A stretch of 64,000 bases of DNA, taken from IMG/VR virus record IMGVR_UViG_3300037010_003037, positions 32,001 to 96,000 of that record; one strand, given 5' to 3'. Positions 46,740 to 56,976 of the stretch are shown here, in pieces (positions within the stretch are counted from its first letter, which is position 1; each line of letters opens with the position of its first letter). The position numbers and the translations under genes are program-made. Source of the DNA: a virus. Below the pieces are notes generated by a model. That model saw only the letters and a program-made list of their open reading frames with translations, had not been told where the DNA came from and did not search any database.

Positions 46740-47872
46740 ACCGCTATTTTATCTATCAATGCACGGTCTGCAGAAGAACTAAGGATATACCACGAAATGA
46801 TACACATGTTATCCCGACGGGGTGTACAATTACCAAGGGGTGTTCAGGAACATTGCTTAAGGTTGGTGAAAGAGATATTGCCGAGCAGACAGCCCCTGTT
46901 GTTGGTGTAACAGATTGGTACCCACGTGGGACACACCCGAGCGATTCTGAACCTGTTAAAACGATTGAATATGTTAATATGTCTGGTTCATCAACAGGTG
47001 CTTTAGTGTTGGCTATCAGAATGACTGAAGATCAAGCAAATGCGGTTTCTTCAGTAGTTGTCACGTTGGAACAACGTCGTGTTGAAGAAATTTCATTCAA
47101 CCAGTTCACTTATTATGTTCTTACTAATGGTATGACAACGATTTCTGGGCGTGATTCCCAAGGAAAGAACCTGCGAATAGATAGTACTGCGGTGACAGAA
47201 GGCCGATTACGCGTTAGAGTCAATGGTGTTATTAGAACTGATTACACTGTTAATTCATCTATTAACTCCTCTTCTGTAGTGTTCTCATCAGTTCTTCCAT
47301 TACAAAGCGCCGTTGACATTATCGTGTTTAATGAAAGAGAAGTTGAAGACAAGGAATTAGAGTTTGTTACTAATAGAACAATTCCTGTTAGTGATTTAAG
47401 TGGTGCTTGGGGTAATGTTCGTTGGATAGACAAGATAAACCCAGCCATCCCCGGTCCAAATGAGGAACGATGGTGGTTATATACATGCACATCAATAGCA
47501 GGACTGCAGCCATCGGCACGAATTAAGGTAACACAAGTATTGGCAGAAACAACGGAAATTTCATTTGAAAATATCATGTTCTTGCTTGCATCTCCACCGT
47601 ATTCACATGTTGATCGGTATTTGGGATTAGTCGTGCCAATGACTGAGTGCGTTGAAGATTTCAATATCTTGACTAGTAGTAAAATAACACGTGATTTCAT
47701 GATTGAAAAAACCAGAGCTAAAAGCATTTACCCACCACTGAAAATAAAGCGTGGATATACAGAACAGCAAAAATCATTAACAAGTGAAGATATTATTCCT
47801 GTTGCTAAAAATTCAACAGCTCAAAACACACCGATGATGTTAACAGACAAATACACTAATGGACCGATATGA
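46736..47872 (+). CDS. Hypothetical protein with N-terminal Cys cluster
   Basis: CTVC...CTITKGC; beta-rich middle region. Confidence 0.65.
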   Translation: MNRYFIYQCTVCRRTKDIPRNDTHVIPTGCTITKGCSGTLLKVGERDIAEQTAPVVGVTDWYPRGTHPSDSEPVKTIEYVNMSGSSTGALVLAIRMTEDQANAVSSVVVTLEQRRVEEISFNQFTYYVLTNGMTTISGRDSQGKNLRIDSTAVTEGRLRVRVNGVIRTDYTVNSSINSSSVVFSSVLPLQSAVDIIVFNEREVEDKELEFVTNRTIPVSDLSGAWGNVRWIDKINPAIPGPNEERWWLYTCTSIAGLQPSARIKVTQVLAETTEISFENIMFLLASPPYSHVDRYLGLVVPMTECVEDFNILTSSKITRDFMIEKTRAKSIYPPLKIKRGYTEQQKSLTSEDIIPVAKNSTAQNTPMMLTDKYTNGPI

Positions 47873-48408
47873 TTGCTGATAAAATTATTCCTAGCTTCTA
47901 TCTTTTAGAATTAGAAGGGGCTGCAGCGCAGGTTGTGGTGCCTGGAGATTTTAACATTGACAGAATAGCAGTTGGGTCAGATGATTACAATTCTGACTTG
48001 CATGCCACAAGTGCCCTTCAACAAGCGATACATGCAATCGCTGATAGCGTAGCAGAAGATCCATCAAAGCTTAAAAAGGAAATAGAATTTAATCCTGAAT
48101 TTTTCCCAACATTAAAGTTTGAACTTCCTGAGGATATTGAAGAAGAGCTTGAAGAAGCACAAGCTATCTCTGATGTCATGTCAAATGAAATGATTGAAAA
48201 TGGACAAGTTCCTATCTTTTTAACTAATACATTTGATTCACTTGGCGATTTTATTCAATCAAGATGGACTGTTTCGGGGGAAAATTTTAAGATAACTGGG
48301 CGTGTCGCCGCAAACCCAACAAAGTACGTGATGTATAAGGGATTAGAACAAGTCAAGCGACATGAGACAATTCATCGTAATGAACTTAACACACTAATGG
48401 TTCACTAA
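47869..48408 (+). CDS. Hypothetical protein
   Basis: 179-aa coupled ORF. Confidence 0.65.
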   Translation: MIADKIIPSFYLLELEGAAAQVVVPGDFNIDRIAVGSDDYNSDLHATSALQQAIHAIADSVAEDPSKLKKEIEFNPEFFPTLKFELPEDIEEELEEAQAISDVMSNEMIENGQVPIFLTNTFDSLGDFIQSRWTVSGENFKITGRVAANPTKYVMYKGLEQVKRHETIHRNELNTLMVH

Positions 48409-48821
48409 TGAACACATCGTTTACTTACGCAGTTAAAATTATTGATGGGTCACCATTTTTTGCTAGTGAAACTATCAAAAATTTGTTTCCTAGCGCTAGA
48501 GAAATGGTCATTACTTCAAAACCATTTAACAACTATGACGAGTGCTATGAAAAGCTGTTGAGTCTTCTAGACGCACTAACGACAGCATCATCAACAACAA
48601 GCAAGAAAAATTATGTCATTGTATCTCGAATTAATCCTTCATTGGATAAAACTGGAGAGACTAAATCTATTGAAGGTGAGACATGGGATGATCTTACATT
48701 AATTAAAGCATATGTTGCTAATGCCGATGCACTAAAGAAATCTGAGCTGCGCTACACAATAATTGGAGCAATTATAATGAGTTCAGGAATTGACAATTTA
48801 GTTAATTTTGATCAATCTTAA
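48408..48821 (+). CDS. Hypothetical protein
   Basis: 137-aa coupled ORF. Confidence 0.65.
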   Translation: MNTSFTYAVKIIDGSPFFASETIKNLFPSAREMVITSKPFNNYDECYEKLLSLLDALTTASSTTSKKNYVIVSRINPSLDKTGETKSIEGETWDDLTLIKAYVANADALKKSELRYTIIGAIIMSSGIDNLVNFDQS

Positions 48822-48905
48822 TTTATTGAGTGATAGTTTTCAAAAAGATCACTTTTTGTTAAAATTATAATTTAATTTTTATCTGTTCATCATAGGAGAT
48901 TTTAG

Positions 48906-49229
48906 ATGTCTAAGTCTAAATACGCACTCGCACCCACTGGGAAAAAACAATACATTGAAGTTACGACGCTGATTAAGGATCCAGCACAGCGATCCAAACT
49001 ACAGAACTACATTGATGAAGTTATTCGCTGTAAGACAAAGATTCTTGATGAACAAGAGTCAATCAAAGCGCTTCGTGATGCTGCGGTTGAAGAGCTTAAC
49101 ATTGAACCAAAGATGTTTACTCAACTTGTGAGCTTGTTTTTTAACAACAACTTTGAGCAAAAACGCGCTGAACTAGAACGACTAGAAGCAGCAATTAACG
49201 CTCTTATGCAAACCGAAACCAATGAATAA
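48906..49229 (+). CDS. Probable dsDNA-binding protein (T4 DsbA-like)
   Basis: Small helical protein; KLQNYIDE...IK...AVEELNIEPKMF pattern; AGGAG RBS. Confidence 0.5.
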   Translation: MSKSKYALAPTGKKQYIEVTTLIKDPAQRSKLQNYIDEVIRCKTKILDEQESIKALRDAAVEELNIEPKMFTQLVSLFFNNNFEQKRAELERLEAAINALMQTETNE

Positions 49230-49415
49230 TGTCAAAGAAGTAAATTTTACCAGTGCTCATATGAGATGGTAAAGATTTAGAAAATGCACGTAGAACACAT
49301 GTTCTTCAGTGATGATTCACAACTTGTGTAATCCTGAACTAGCTAAATATCTTTGAACATTAGGTATTTCTCAAGATACTATAACAATCAGTATCGTAGA
49401 CACAACTAAAAAAGA

Positions 49416-52400
49416 ATGACAACTAAATTTACAAACTACGTCGCTGCATGGGTTGATTACTCTAGAAACCGTGATGGGGAAATTATGGTGCTAGAGCGAG
49501 ACCAAGATGGTAAAGTTTTAAAGGTTCGTCACAATTCCCCATTTTACTTTTTTGTTGAAGATCCAGAAGGTGAACGTGAGTCAATCTTTGGGCATAAAGT
49601 TACGCGGGCAGAATTTAAAACTAAACACGAATATGACGAGGCACTTAAGTTTTTCCGCAATCCACGTAATTTTGAAGAGGAAGGTCGTTGCCCTTACCTA
49701 TTTGAAACAGATATTCAGCCACTTAAGCGCGTGCTGATGGATATGTATTACAACAGACCATCACCGCCTGTCAATTTTGTGTTTATTGATATTGAAGCTG
49801 ACTACACACGTAAGATCGGATTTCCATCTCCATCAAATCCGTATGCTGTAATAAATGCTGTAACAGTGTATCAATCATGGACACAAAAATTCTTCACTCT
49901 AGCAATACCACCTAAGGAATTTACTGGAACAATCGATGATCTGTACGCAGAAATCAATGAGCTTATTAAGCAAAAACAACTACGTGAGGGTATTATTCCT
50001 GAGATCATCTTGTGTGATGATGAGCGTGAGCTTGTTAACATTATGCTTCAGCTTATTCAAGAATCTGACATCATCTCTGGCTGGAACTCAGAATTCTTTG
50101 ATATGCCATACATCTACGAGCGGTTAATGCGGCTTGGTGGTGAATCACTTGTTGCAAAACTAGAACACGTGGGATGTCGCCCACCACGTAAGGTGATGGT
50201 GAACAAGTTTGGGTCTGAGGAACCAGTTATCAAGTTCTCTGGGCGTTCTCACCTTGACTACATGCGATTGTTTCAAAAGTTTACTTTTGAAGGCCGTGTA
50301 TCATATTCTCTTGGAAACATTCTTCAAGAAGAAGTTGGTGTTGGTAAAATCGAGTTCGAAGGTTCTCTTGAAGACTTATACCACAACAACTTTCCTAAGT
50401 TCGTGGCCTACAACTTCCGTGACGTTGATGGAATCGTACAGTTAGACGCTAAGTTTAAATTCATCGCTCTCGCGAATCAAATGGCGCATGAAAATACTGT
50501 GAGTTTTGATGCGGTTTTAGGAACTGTTTCTTATGTTGAAACAGGCATCACCAATCACGCTCACTATGTTCTAAACAAAGTTGTGCATGACAAGAACATT
50601 AAAGAACACGATAAGGTTGAAGGCGCTATCGTTTTGAATCCTAAGATTGGTCTACATGAATGGGTTGGTTCTGTTGACATCAACTCACTATATCCAAACA
50701 CAATTCGTTCATTGAACATTTCACCTGAAAAAATTATTGGGCAGTTTACACAAAAAGAAGAAGCGTGGCTAGCAATTAAGAACAACACAGACGACCGCCT
50801 TTGTTTTCAGTACGAATCTGGTAAGCAAGAAATTCTAACAGCAAAAGAGTGGAAAACTATTCTTGTTGATCGTCACTGGGCTGTATCAGCGTATGGCACA
50901 GTATTTGATCAATCTAATGGGCGGGGTGTTGTTGCTGACATCCTTGGTTTCTGGTATGCAGAACGAAAGCGTCTTCAGGCTGAAAAGAAAAAGTACACAG
51001 CGCTTGCCAAGGAAGAAAAAGATCCAGTCAAGAAAGCTGAATATAAGAAGCTTGAAGAACACTATGATCTTTTGCAGCTAACCAAGAAAATTTCGATGAA
51101 CAGCCTGTACGGCGCGCTCTTGAATCCTTCTATGCGATTCTCAGATGAACGCATGGGTGCATCTGTCACTGCAACAGGTCGACAGATTACTACACATATG
51201 ATGGAAACGATTGCGTTCTTGTTAACTGGTGAACGTTCTCCTCTTAAAAAGCATACTGAGTTCGATGAGGAAGAAGGCAAGTACATTAACATTTACACGT
51301 GTGATTCACCTGCTATCATCTACGGTGATACTGATTCCGTTGACAAAGATAGCGTAATTGATACGTCACTTGGTAAGAAAAGCATTGAATCTTTGTTCGA
51401 CACATTTGATATTAAAAGGAAAAATTACGAAAATAAGGAATTTGCTTTTAGCAGCGTAAAAGTAACCACACCATGTTACGTCAATAAAAGAATTGTGCAG
51501 CGCCCTATTTTGGCAATTTACCGTCACAAGGTATCAAAGAAGAAATACAAGATTACGCTAGAAAATGAAAAAAGCGTAATAGTAACAGAAGATCATTCTG
51601 TGATGGTCATTCGTGATGGGGTTTTGACTGAGATTAAACCTAAAGATATAAACACAAACACAGATCTGTGCATCTCTGTAGATGACATGAATGTGACTAA
51701 TAACGGTGATGTTGCGAATTATGAGCTAGTAAAAATACGCGCAATTGAAGAATTAGAAGCTTTTGATAATGAATACGTGTATGACGTAATCATGGCTGAT
51801 GATAGCACGCCATGGTTTTTTGCAAATGGCGTGCTCGTTCATAATTCTTGTTATTACAAATGCATTGGGGCTACTGACAAAGCGTCAGCTATTGAAATTG
51901 CTGACTTAACAGCTGAAGGGGTGAACGATTCATTCCCCGCTTTCATGCGAGAAGCATTTAATTGTCAACCAGAATTTGACACACTTATTAAAGCAGGTCG
52001 TGAAATTGTTGGATCACGAGGGTTATTTCAAGCTAAGAAAAAGTACATTATCAAGGTTATTGACGCTGAAGGTTTACCCGTTGACAAGCTAAAGTCGATG
52101 GGATCTGAAATAAAGAAGGCCGACACTCCTAAGATCATTCAGGATTTTCTGAAGACAACAGTTGACATGATCCTGGATGGTAAATCATATGATGAACTAG
52201 CAGAGTATGTGAATGGTCAGAGACGTGAAATTCTGAAAAAGAAGGTAAACGTATTTTCTTTGGGTGTTGCAAAGCAAGTAAATAATCTTGAAAAGTACAT
52301 GGCTGAGTATCGCGCACCTGGTACTTTTAGATCAAAAAATGGTGGCAAGCTAACTATTCCAGGACATGCTCGTGCTGCTTGCAACTACAATGCTTTACTT

Positions 52401-52673
52401 GAAGAATTTGACAAAGGTGCAAAACCTATCAAAAGCGGTGACAAAGTTCTAGTTTATTACCTAAAAAAGAACGATAGAGATTTTAAGTCGATTGCTTTTC
52501 CTGCAGAATTTACGCGCTTTCCAGATTGGTTTACCGAAAACTTTCAAGTTGACATTAAGAAAACCGAGGAACGCATGTTTGACAGCAAGCTTAGCGGTAT
52601 GTTTGCCGCAGCGTTTAATAAAGAAGTTCCAACACCACAATCTGTCTTAACTAATAGTTTGTTGGAATTTTAA
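49416..52673 (+). CDS. Family B DNA polymerase (gp43-like) containing an intein
   Basis: DIE, GWNSEFFD, YNFRD, SVDINSLYP, KISMNSLYG, YGDTD/S, KKKY. Confidence 0.97.
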   Translation: MTTKFTNYVAAWVDYSRNRDGEIMVLERDQDGKVLKVRHNSPFYFFVEDPEGERESIFGHKVTRAEFKTKHEYDEALKFFRNPRNFEEEGRCPYLFETDIQPLKRVLMDMYYNRPSPPVNFVFIDIEADYTRKIGFPSPSNPYAVINAVTVYQSWTQKFFTLAIPPKEFTGTIDDLYAEINELIKQKQLREGIIPEIILCDDERELVNIMLQLIQESDIISGWNSEFFDMPYIYERLMRLGGESLVAKLEHVGCRPPRKVMVNKFGSEEPVIKFSGRSHLDYMRLFQKFTFEGRVSYSLGNILQEEVGVGKIEFEGSLEDLYHNNFPKFVAYNFRDVDGIVQLDAKFKFIALANQMAHENTVSFDAVLGTVSYVETGITNHAHYVLNKVVHDKNIKEHDKVEGAIVLNPKIGLHEWVGSVDINSLYPNTIRSLNISPEKIIGQFTQKEEAWLAIKNNTDDRLCFQYESGKQEILTAKEWKTILVDRHWAVSAYGTVFDQSNGRGVVADILGFWYAERKRLQAEKKKYTALAKEEKDPVKKAEYKKLEEHYDLLQLTKKISMNSLYGALLNPSMRFSDERMGASVTATGRQITTHMMETIAFLLTGERSPLKKHTEFDEEEGKYINIYTCDSPAIIYGDTDSVDKDSVIDTSLGKKSIESLFDTFDIKRKNYENKEFAFSSVKVTTPCYVNKRIVQRPILAIYRHKVSKKKYKITLENEKSVIVTEDHSVMVIRDGVLTEIKPKDINTNTDLCISVDDMNVTNNGDVANYELVKIRAIEELEAFDNEYVYDVIMADDSTPWFFANGVLVHNSCYYKCIGATDKASAIEIADLTAEGVNDSFPAFMREAFNCQPEFDTLIKAGREIVGSRGLFQAKKKYIIKVIDAEGLPVDKLKSMGSEIKKADTPKIIQDFLKTTVDMILDGKSYDELAEYVNGQRREILKKKVNVFSLGVAKQVNNLEKYMAEYRAPGTFRSKNGGKLTIPGHARAACNYNALLEEFDKGAKPIKSGDKVLVYYLKKNDRDFKSIAFPAEFTRFPDWFTENFQVDIKKTEERMFDSKLSGMFAAAFNKEVPTPQSVLTNSLLEF
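51336..51845 (+). mobile_element. 170-aa mini-intein at the YGDTD|S catalytic motif
   Basis: Starts SVDKDS; block B VTEDHS; block F VYDV; ends LVHN before the Ser extein; no LAGLIDADG motif. Confidence 0.93.
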
Positions 52674-52741
52674 CAATTAAAACATAAAAATGTATAAAAC
52701 TGTAATACTACATAGTATAATATACTATTAGATGAAGGAAG

Positions 52742-52984
52742 ATGAAAATGATTCTACACGCTGAAGAACCAAATGATCCCGTGGTTGGGGATGCTTACAT
52801 TGGCAAAATGACCCGCACAGTAAATGTGTTTGATGGAAATGCATGGTAAACATTCAATGAATATGAGCTTTTAGAAATGGAAATGATTCATCTACTTATG
52901 ACAACAGGTAGGACACGACAACAAGCTGAGCGTGCAATTCACATGCTACAACATGGGCACATTCACAATGGAGACAAAGAATGA
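52742..52984 (+). pseudogene. Small ORF interrupted by one in-frame TAA (52847-52849)
   Basis: MKMILHAEEP...GNAW*TFNEYELLE...GDKE*; the final TGA overlaps the ATG at 52981. Confidence 0.5.
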
Positions 52985-53721
52985 AATTATCGACAGAGAA
53001 TACTGCTAAACTTACGTCTCTGCTCAATACAGCAAGTATTTGCGGTATTGAGAGCATCATTATAATTGATGATAAGGCCCGTGGTATCAACCCAGCAAAA
53101 ACATGTTTTTTAGTATCAAGTGATAATCTTCCAAAATTTCCTCAGAAGATCGGTCTTGGTCGCTTAAAGGATCTTCAATCACGCATCAATGTTTTTGCAG
53201 ATAAATCTGATGTCGTTATTGATGCAAAAGAATCAGAGCGCGGCGAGATTACATCACTTGAAATTTCTTCTGGGCGTAATAAGGTTCAATATCGTTGTCA
53301 ATCCACTATGATGCTGGCAGATAGCATTCCTAAGAATGTTCCTGACGCATTCAACCCTGCGTATAAGCTGTTCATCAATAAAGACGAGATGAAAATGATT
53401 CTTGATGCAGTACGTGTTATGAACAGCAAGCGAATTACTGTTGCTATCAAAAATGATCGCACGGTAAGTTTTACAGTTAGTGATGCATCTAATGACAATT
53501 TTACAGTAATTCTTTCTACCCCTGCAGAGCGAATTACTGAAGATGAAGATACCGTTGTAAATTACTATGTAACAGAGGTGTTCTCGCCAGTTGTTAAAGA
53601 GCTTATGTCTCTTGACACCGCGGTGGTTCATGTCGGTGAACGTGGAACTATGACGGCAAAGATCAATCAACATAATGTCGTGCTACTCCCGCAAGTGGGT
53701 GACGACGGAGAGGAAGAATAA
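52981..53721 (+). CDS. Probable DNA polymerase sliding clamp (gp45-like)
   Basis: 246 aa, MKLS start, two-domain alpha/beta pattern, next to the polymerase. Confidence 0.55.
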   Translation: MKLSTENTAKLTSLLNTASICGIESIIIIDDKARGINPAKTCFLVSSDNLPKFPQKIGLGRLKDLQSRINVFADKSDVVIDAKESERGEITSLEISSGRNKVQYRCQSTMMLADSIPKNVPDAFNPAYKLFINKDEMKMILDAVRVMNSKRITVAIKNDRTVSFTVSDASNDNFTVILSTPAERITEDEDTVVNYYVTEVFSPVVKELMSLDTAVVHVGERGTMTAKINQHNVVLLPQVGDDGEEE

Positions 53722-54080
53722 TGGCAGCAGAAAATATGACCATCACTGAAGCTCTAACAATGATTAAAGCACAAGGTGATAAGCTTAAAGAGTGTTATGA
53801 GCAACTAGCAAAATGGAAATTGGAGTTTTCTTTTGAAACCGATCCAACAACGCTCGAGGTAAAAATTAAAGCACTTAAGCCATTTGGTGGGGGTGGTGTT
53901 ATTCGCACTCTCACAAAAGAGGATATCCTCCATTACGCAAATGATATGGACACGCTCATTCGTGAAGTCGCGGAGCAGTTTTATGAGGTTCTCTTGAAAA
54001 AACAAATTTTTGAAGAACTCGCGCCAGGCGCTAGAAGGGTACTTGAGAACACGGCAAGCATTGCAAAAAGAACGGTATGA
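53721..54080 (+). CDS. Hypothetical protein
   Basis: 119-aa coupled ORF. Confidence 0.7.
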   Translation: MAAENMTITEALTMIKAQGDKLKECYEQLAKWKLEFSFETDPTTLEVKIKALKPFGGGGVIRTLTKEDILHYANDMDTLIREVAEQFYEVLLKKQIFEELAPGARRVLENTASIAKRTV

Positions 54081-54379
54081 AAAAGAGCACTCTAATTAAC
54101 ATGAAGGAGCTGCTTGAAAGCCGCTCAAAAAAACCTTGGGCATGCTTTGAGACTGAAGGAATTACTGAAAATGGTCTTGGCGTAGCAATGCATTGGAATG
54201 AAGCCTTCGTTAAACACCTTCACACACTAGGAATTCAAGGCGCTAATGATCATGAGACCCTTCAACTGTTTTTTATGTATATGTCTAGCCGAATCGCAGA
54301 TGGTTTAATTGGTGAGGACACTATTAATCCTGAGGCAATGCCTAATCTAACTAGTGAAGCTAATAAGTTTGTTAGTTAA
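54077..54379 (+). CDS. Hypothetical protein
   Basis: 100-aa coupled ORF; KPW...WNEAFV. Confidence 0.7.
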   Translation: MKKSTLINMKELLESRSKKPWACFETEGITENGLGVAMHWNEAFVKHLHTLGIQGANDHETLQLFFMYMSSRIADGLIGEDTINPEAMPNLTSEANKFVS

Positions 54380-54513
54380 GTTTATTAGTTGTTCATAATA
54401 GGATATAATTTAAATTATATTGAAAATTCTTTTGATTCAGCAGTGTTTTTAAAGTATGGTGAGACTGACACGCTGATATAAAAGCTAAGTGATAACTTAT
54501 AAGGAAAAACCTA

Positions 54514-55509
54514 ATGCGTCGAATGATCGTTGACACGGCTAACCTGCTATTTCGAGTGGCAGCTGCGCACGGAAAATACAATACATCTGGAACACCGGAA
54601 GAAAAAGCAGGGTTGGCCATGCACATGGCGCTTAATACTCTAAACAAGTACTATAAAAAATACCAGCCAGACCAGCTTGCTTTAACTTTTGAGGGTCGGA
54701 ATAACTGGCGTAAAAAGTATACTCAATCACCCCAATGCTTGTCTGGTAAGGTATATAAGTCAAACCGCGTCAAAGACCCGTCTATGATTCCATTCTTTGA
54801 GCTGATTGCATCGTTCGAAGAGTTGGTACGTAAGCACACATCTATAGTATGCCTTTCACACCAAGAGTTGGAAGGTGATGACTTGTTTGCGGGATATGTT
54901 CAGCGTTTTGATGCGGTAGGTGATGAAGTAATTGGTATTTCTGGCGATAAGGACTTTGTGCAACTCCTGCGTCATAAAAATTTCATCTTGATTGACCCTG
55001 ACAAAGGTAAACCCCGAAAGGTTGAAGATGTTTGTGGCATTGATGATGCTGATTTTTTTATGTTTGAAAAAGCCTTTCGCGGTGATAAAGGTGATAACGT
55101 TTTCCCAGCATACCCGCGTGTTCTGAAAAAGCGATTGTTGAAAGCATACACAGATGAGTACGAACGTGTGAAGATCATGAATGAAACGTGGCAGTTTAAA
55201 GATCCTGATACCGGTGAAGAAAAGACTTTTCGCGTTGGTGATTTGTTTGAAGAGAACATGTTGCTTATGAATCTTGAAGCGCAGCCTGATTATATCAAGG
55301 CTATCATTAACGAAACTTTAGATTATGAGCTTGAGCATCATGGTAAGTTCTCATTCTTTCATTTTCAACGATTCTGTGGTCAGTTTGGACTAAAGCAAAT
55401 TTCAGAAAATTCAACTAATTTCGTGAATATGTTTAGCGTTACGGGACAACGGTCGCCGAATCGTGAAGGTGGACGTAAGAAAAATTCTGCTACATTGCTG
55501 GAGTACTAA
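54514..55509 (+). CDS. rnh: T4-type RNase H / 5'-3' exonuclease (FEN family)
   Basis: VDTANL, WRKK, YKSNR, EGDD, SGDKDFVQL, GDKGDNV. Confidence 0.9.
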   Translation: MRRMIVDTANLLFRVAAAHGKYNTSGTPEEKAGLAMHMALNTLNKYYKKYQPDQLALTFEGRNNWRKKYTQSPQCLSGKVYKSNRVKDPSMIPFFELIASFEELVRKHTSIVCLSHQELEGDDLFAGYVQRFDAVGDEVIGISGDKDFVQLLRHKNFILIDPDKGKPRKVEDVCGIDDADFFMFEKAFRGDKGDNVFPAYPRVLKKRLLKAYTDEYERVKIMNETWQFKDPDTGEEKTFRVGDLFEENMLLMNLEAQPDYIKAIINETLDYELEHHGKFSFFHFQRFCGQFGLKQISENSTNFVNMFSVTGQRSPNREGGRKKNSATLLEY

Positions 55510-55574
55510 GTAGATTTTTGTGATTCCTTATGATGTGATATAAAACGTAATGTGATAGGTTTACTGCTATCTTC

Positions 55575-55582
55575 TATAAATA
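55575..55582 (+). promoter_or_regulatory. T4-type late promoter TATAAATA
   Basis: Exact octamer upstream of 55671. Confidence 0.65.
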
Positions 55583-55670
55583 CTTAGCGTCATTTAGACG
55601 TAAGTGTTTTATTTTCGGGGTTTTTAAAACGTAAGCACGTTATCCCTACAGATTAAAAAGGAGATCCACC

Positions 55671-56105
55671 ATGGCAGTAAAAGATACTATTGAACTACAG
55701 CCTACCAGCCTTCCACATATTTTTCTTTGCGACGTTGATGATTCAGGTTTGCTTAAGGAAATTGCGCTTGTAAAGCGCTTTAGCGACGGTTCCATTTACT
55801 ATATTGAAATCGACTCACTTCATGCAATTGATAAGAGCCGTATTAAGAAAATTGTTACATCTCAACATGCGGATAAGTATGAGTTGTGGGAACTGATGTC
55901 ACAAAGTAAGCTATCTAATGGAATGAATGCCCTAGATTTTTTCCACAGCAACAATGTAAAAGTTAAGCGTCCAAAGGGAGCTCGTGCTTCTTCTGGTAGT
56001 CTAGAAACAGTACCTGCATATGGTACTGATAAGATGATTGGTTCTGATTTCGTAAACCCAGCTGAAGCAACCTTAGATCCCGCTACTAAGAATTTTAGTT
56101 CATAA
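55671..56105 (+). CDS. Late hypothetical protein
   Basis: AAGGAG RBS; own late promoter and terminator. Confidence 0.8.
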   Translation: MAVKDTIELQPTSLPHIFLCDVDDSGLLKEIALVKRFSDGSIYYIEIDSLHAIDKSRIKKIVTSQHADKYELWELMSQSKLSNGMNALDFFHSNNVKVKRPKGARASSGSLETVPAYGTDKMIGSDFVNPAEATLDPATKNFSS

Positions 56106-56119
56106 GCTGTTTTTCTTGT

Positions 56120-56155
56120 AGAAACTGGGACCTGTTCAGGTCCCAGTTTCTTTTT
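56120..56155 (+). terminator. Intrinsic terminator
   Basis: agaaactgggacctg-tt-caggtcccagtttct followed by Ts. Confidence 0.85.
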
Positions 56156-56268
56156 AGATATTCATAGTTTATAATAACATAAATACAGTTCATTCTGTTT
56201 TTATAAAAGCTCTGCTCTCTATTCAGAAAGTAGACCTACCAACCCTTAAACAAGGAAGGAGATCACTC

Positions 56269-56934
56269 ATGAAACTGAGCAACTATATGCTCTCTTTGGT
56301 CGCTGTCGTTGTAACTTCAGCAGCTGTATTTGCAACAACACATATTATTAGTACTAACCCGACAACAGTTATTAGCATACCCAAAGAAGAAAGAGACGGA
56401 ACTTTTGCAGGTGATAACATTACATTAAAACTTCCAGAAAATTTATCTGACCGGCAAGCAAAACTTCTTTCCATGGCATATCAAATAGCTAAGGAAGATG
56501 GGCATCGATACCCGCAAATTTTGCAGGGAATTATTCTTCAAGAAACTCATGCTGGTGAACTTCGTCATTACAAGGTAGCTGGGCAAGAATTTGGCCTTAA
56601 AACCAATGAACGATACTATGGCGTTGGGCAAATTAAACTTTCAGTTGCAAAGGATGTTCTTAAGCGTTATCCGCAGCTGAAAGATAAATTTAATTTCAAT
56701 ACGGAGATGGATGAAGAAATTATCGCGAAGCTGATTGAAGATGATAGATTTAATCTTACAGTAGCGAGTAAGTATCTATTGATTTTGCGTGATCATGGAT
56801 ATGATACAATAAAACAATTAGCTCTGGCATATAATCAAGGACCTGCTGGTGCTAAACGATTTGATTCAGATACACATCACTATTCGAATGGGGTTATGAA
56901 GTATATTCAAAAGCTTAATGTTGTCAGTAAGTGA
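56269..56934 (+). CDS. SLT-type lytic transglycosylase with N-terminal hydrophobic segment
   Basis: ILQET (catalytic Glu), GVGQI, LAYNQG; CATAAATA at 56178. Confidence 0.8.
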   Translation: MKLSNYMLSLVAVVVTSAAVFATTHIISTNPTTVISIPKEERDGTFAGDNITLKLPENLSDRQAKLLSMAYQIAKEDGHRYPQILQGIILQETHAGELRHYKVAGQEFGLKTNERYYGVGQIKLSVAKDVLKRYPQLKDKFNFNTEMDEEIIAKLIEDDRFNLTVASKYLLILRDHGYDTIKQLALAYNQGPAGAKRFDSDTHHYSNGVMKYIQKLNVVSK

Positions 56935-56976
56935 GTAAAGAATAGTTTATCATCTATCATCGTTAGAGCGTGTTTC

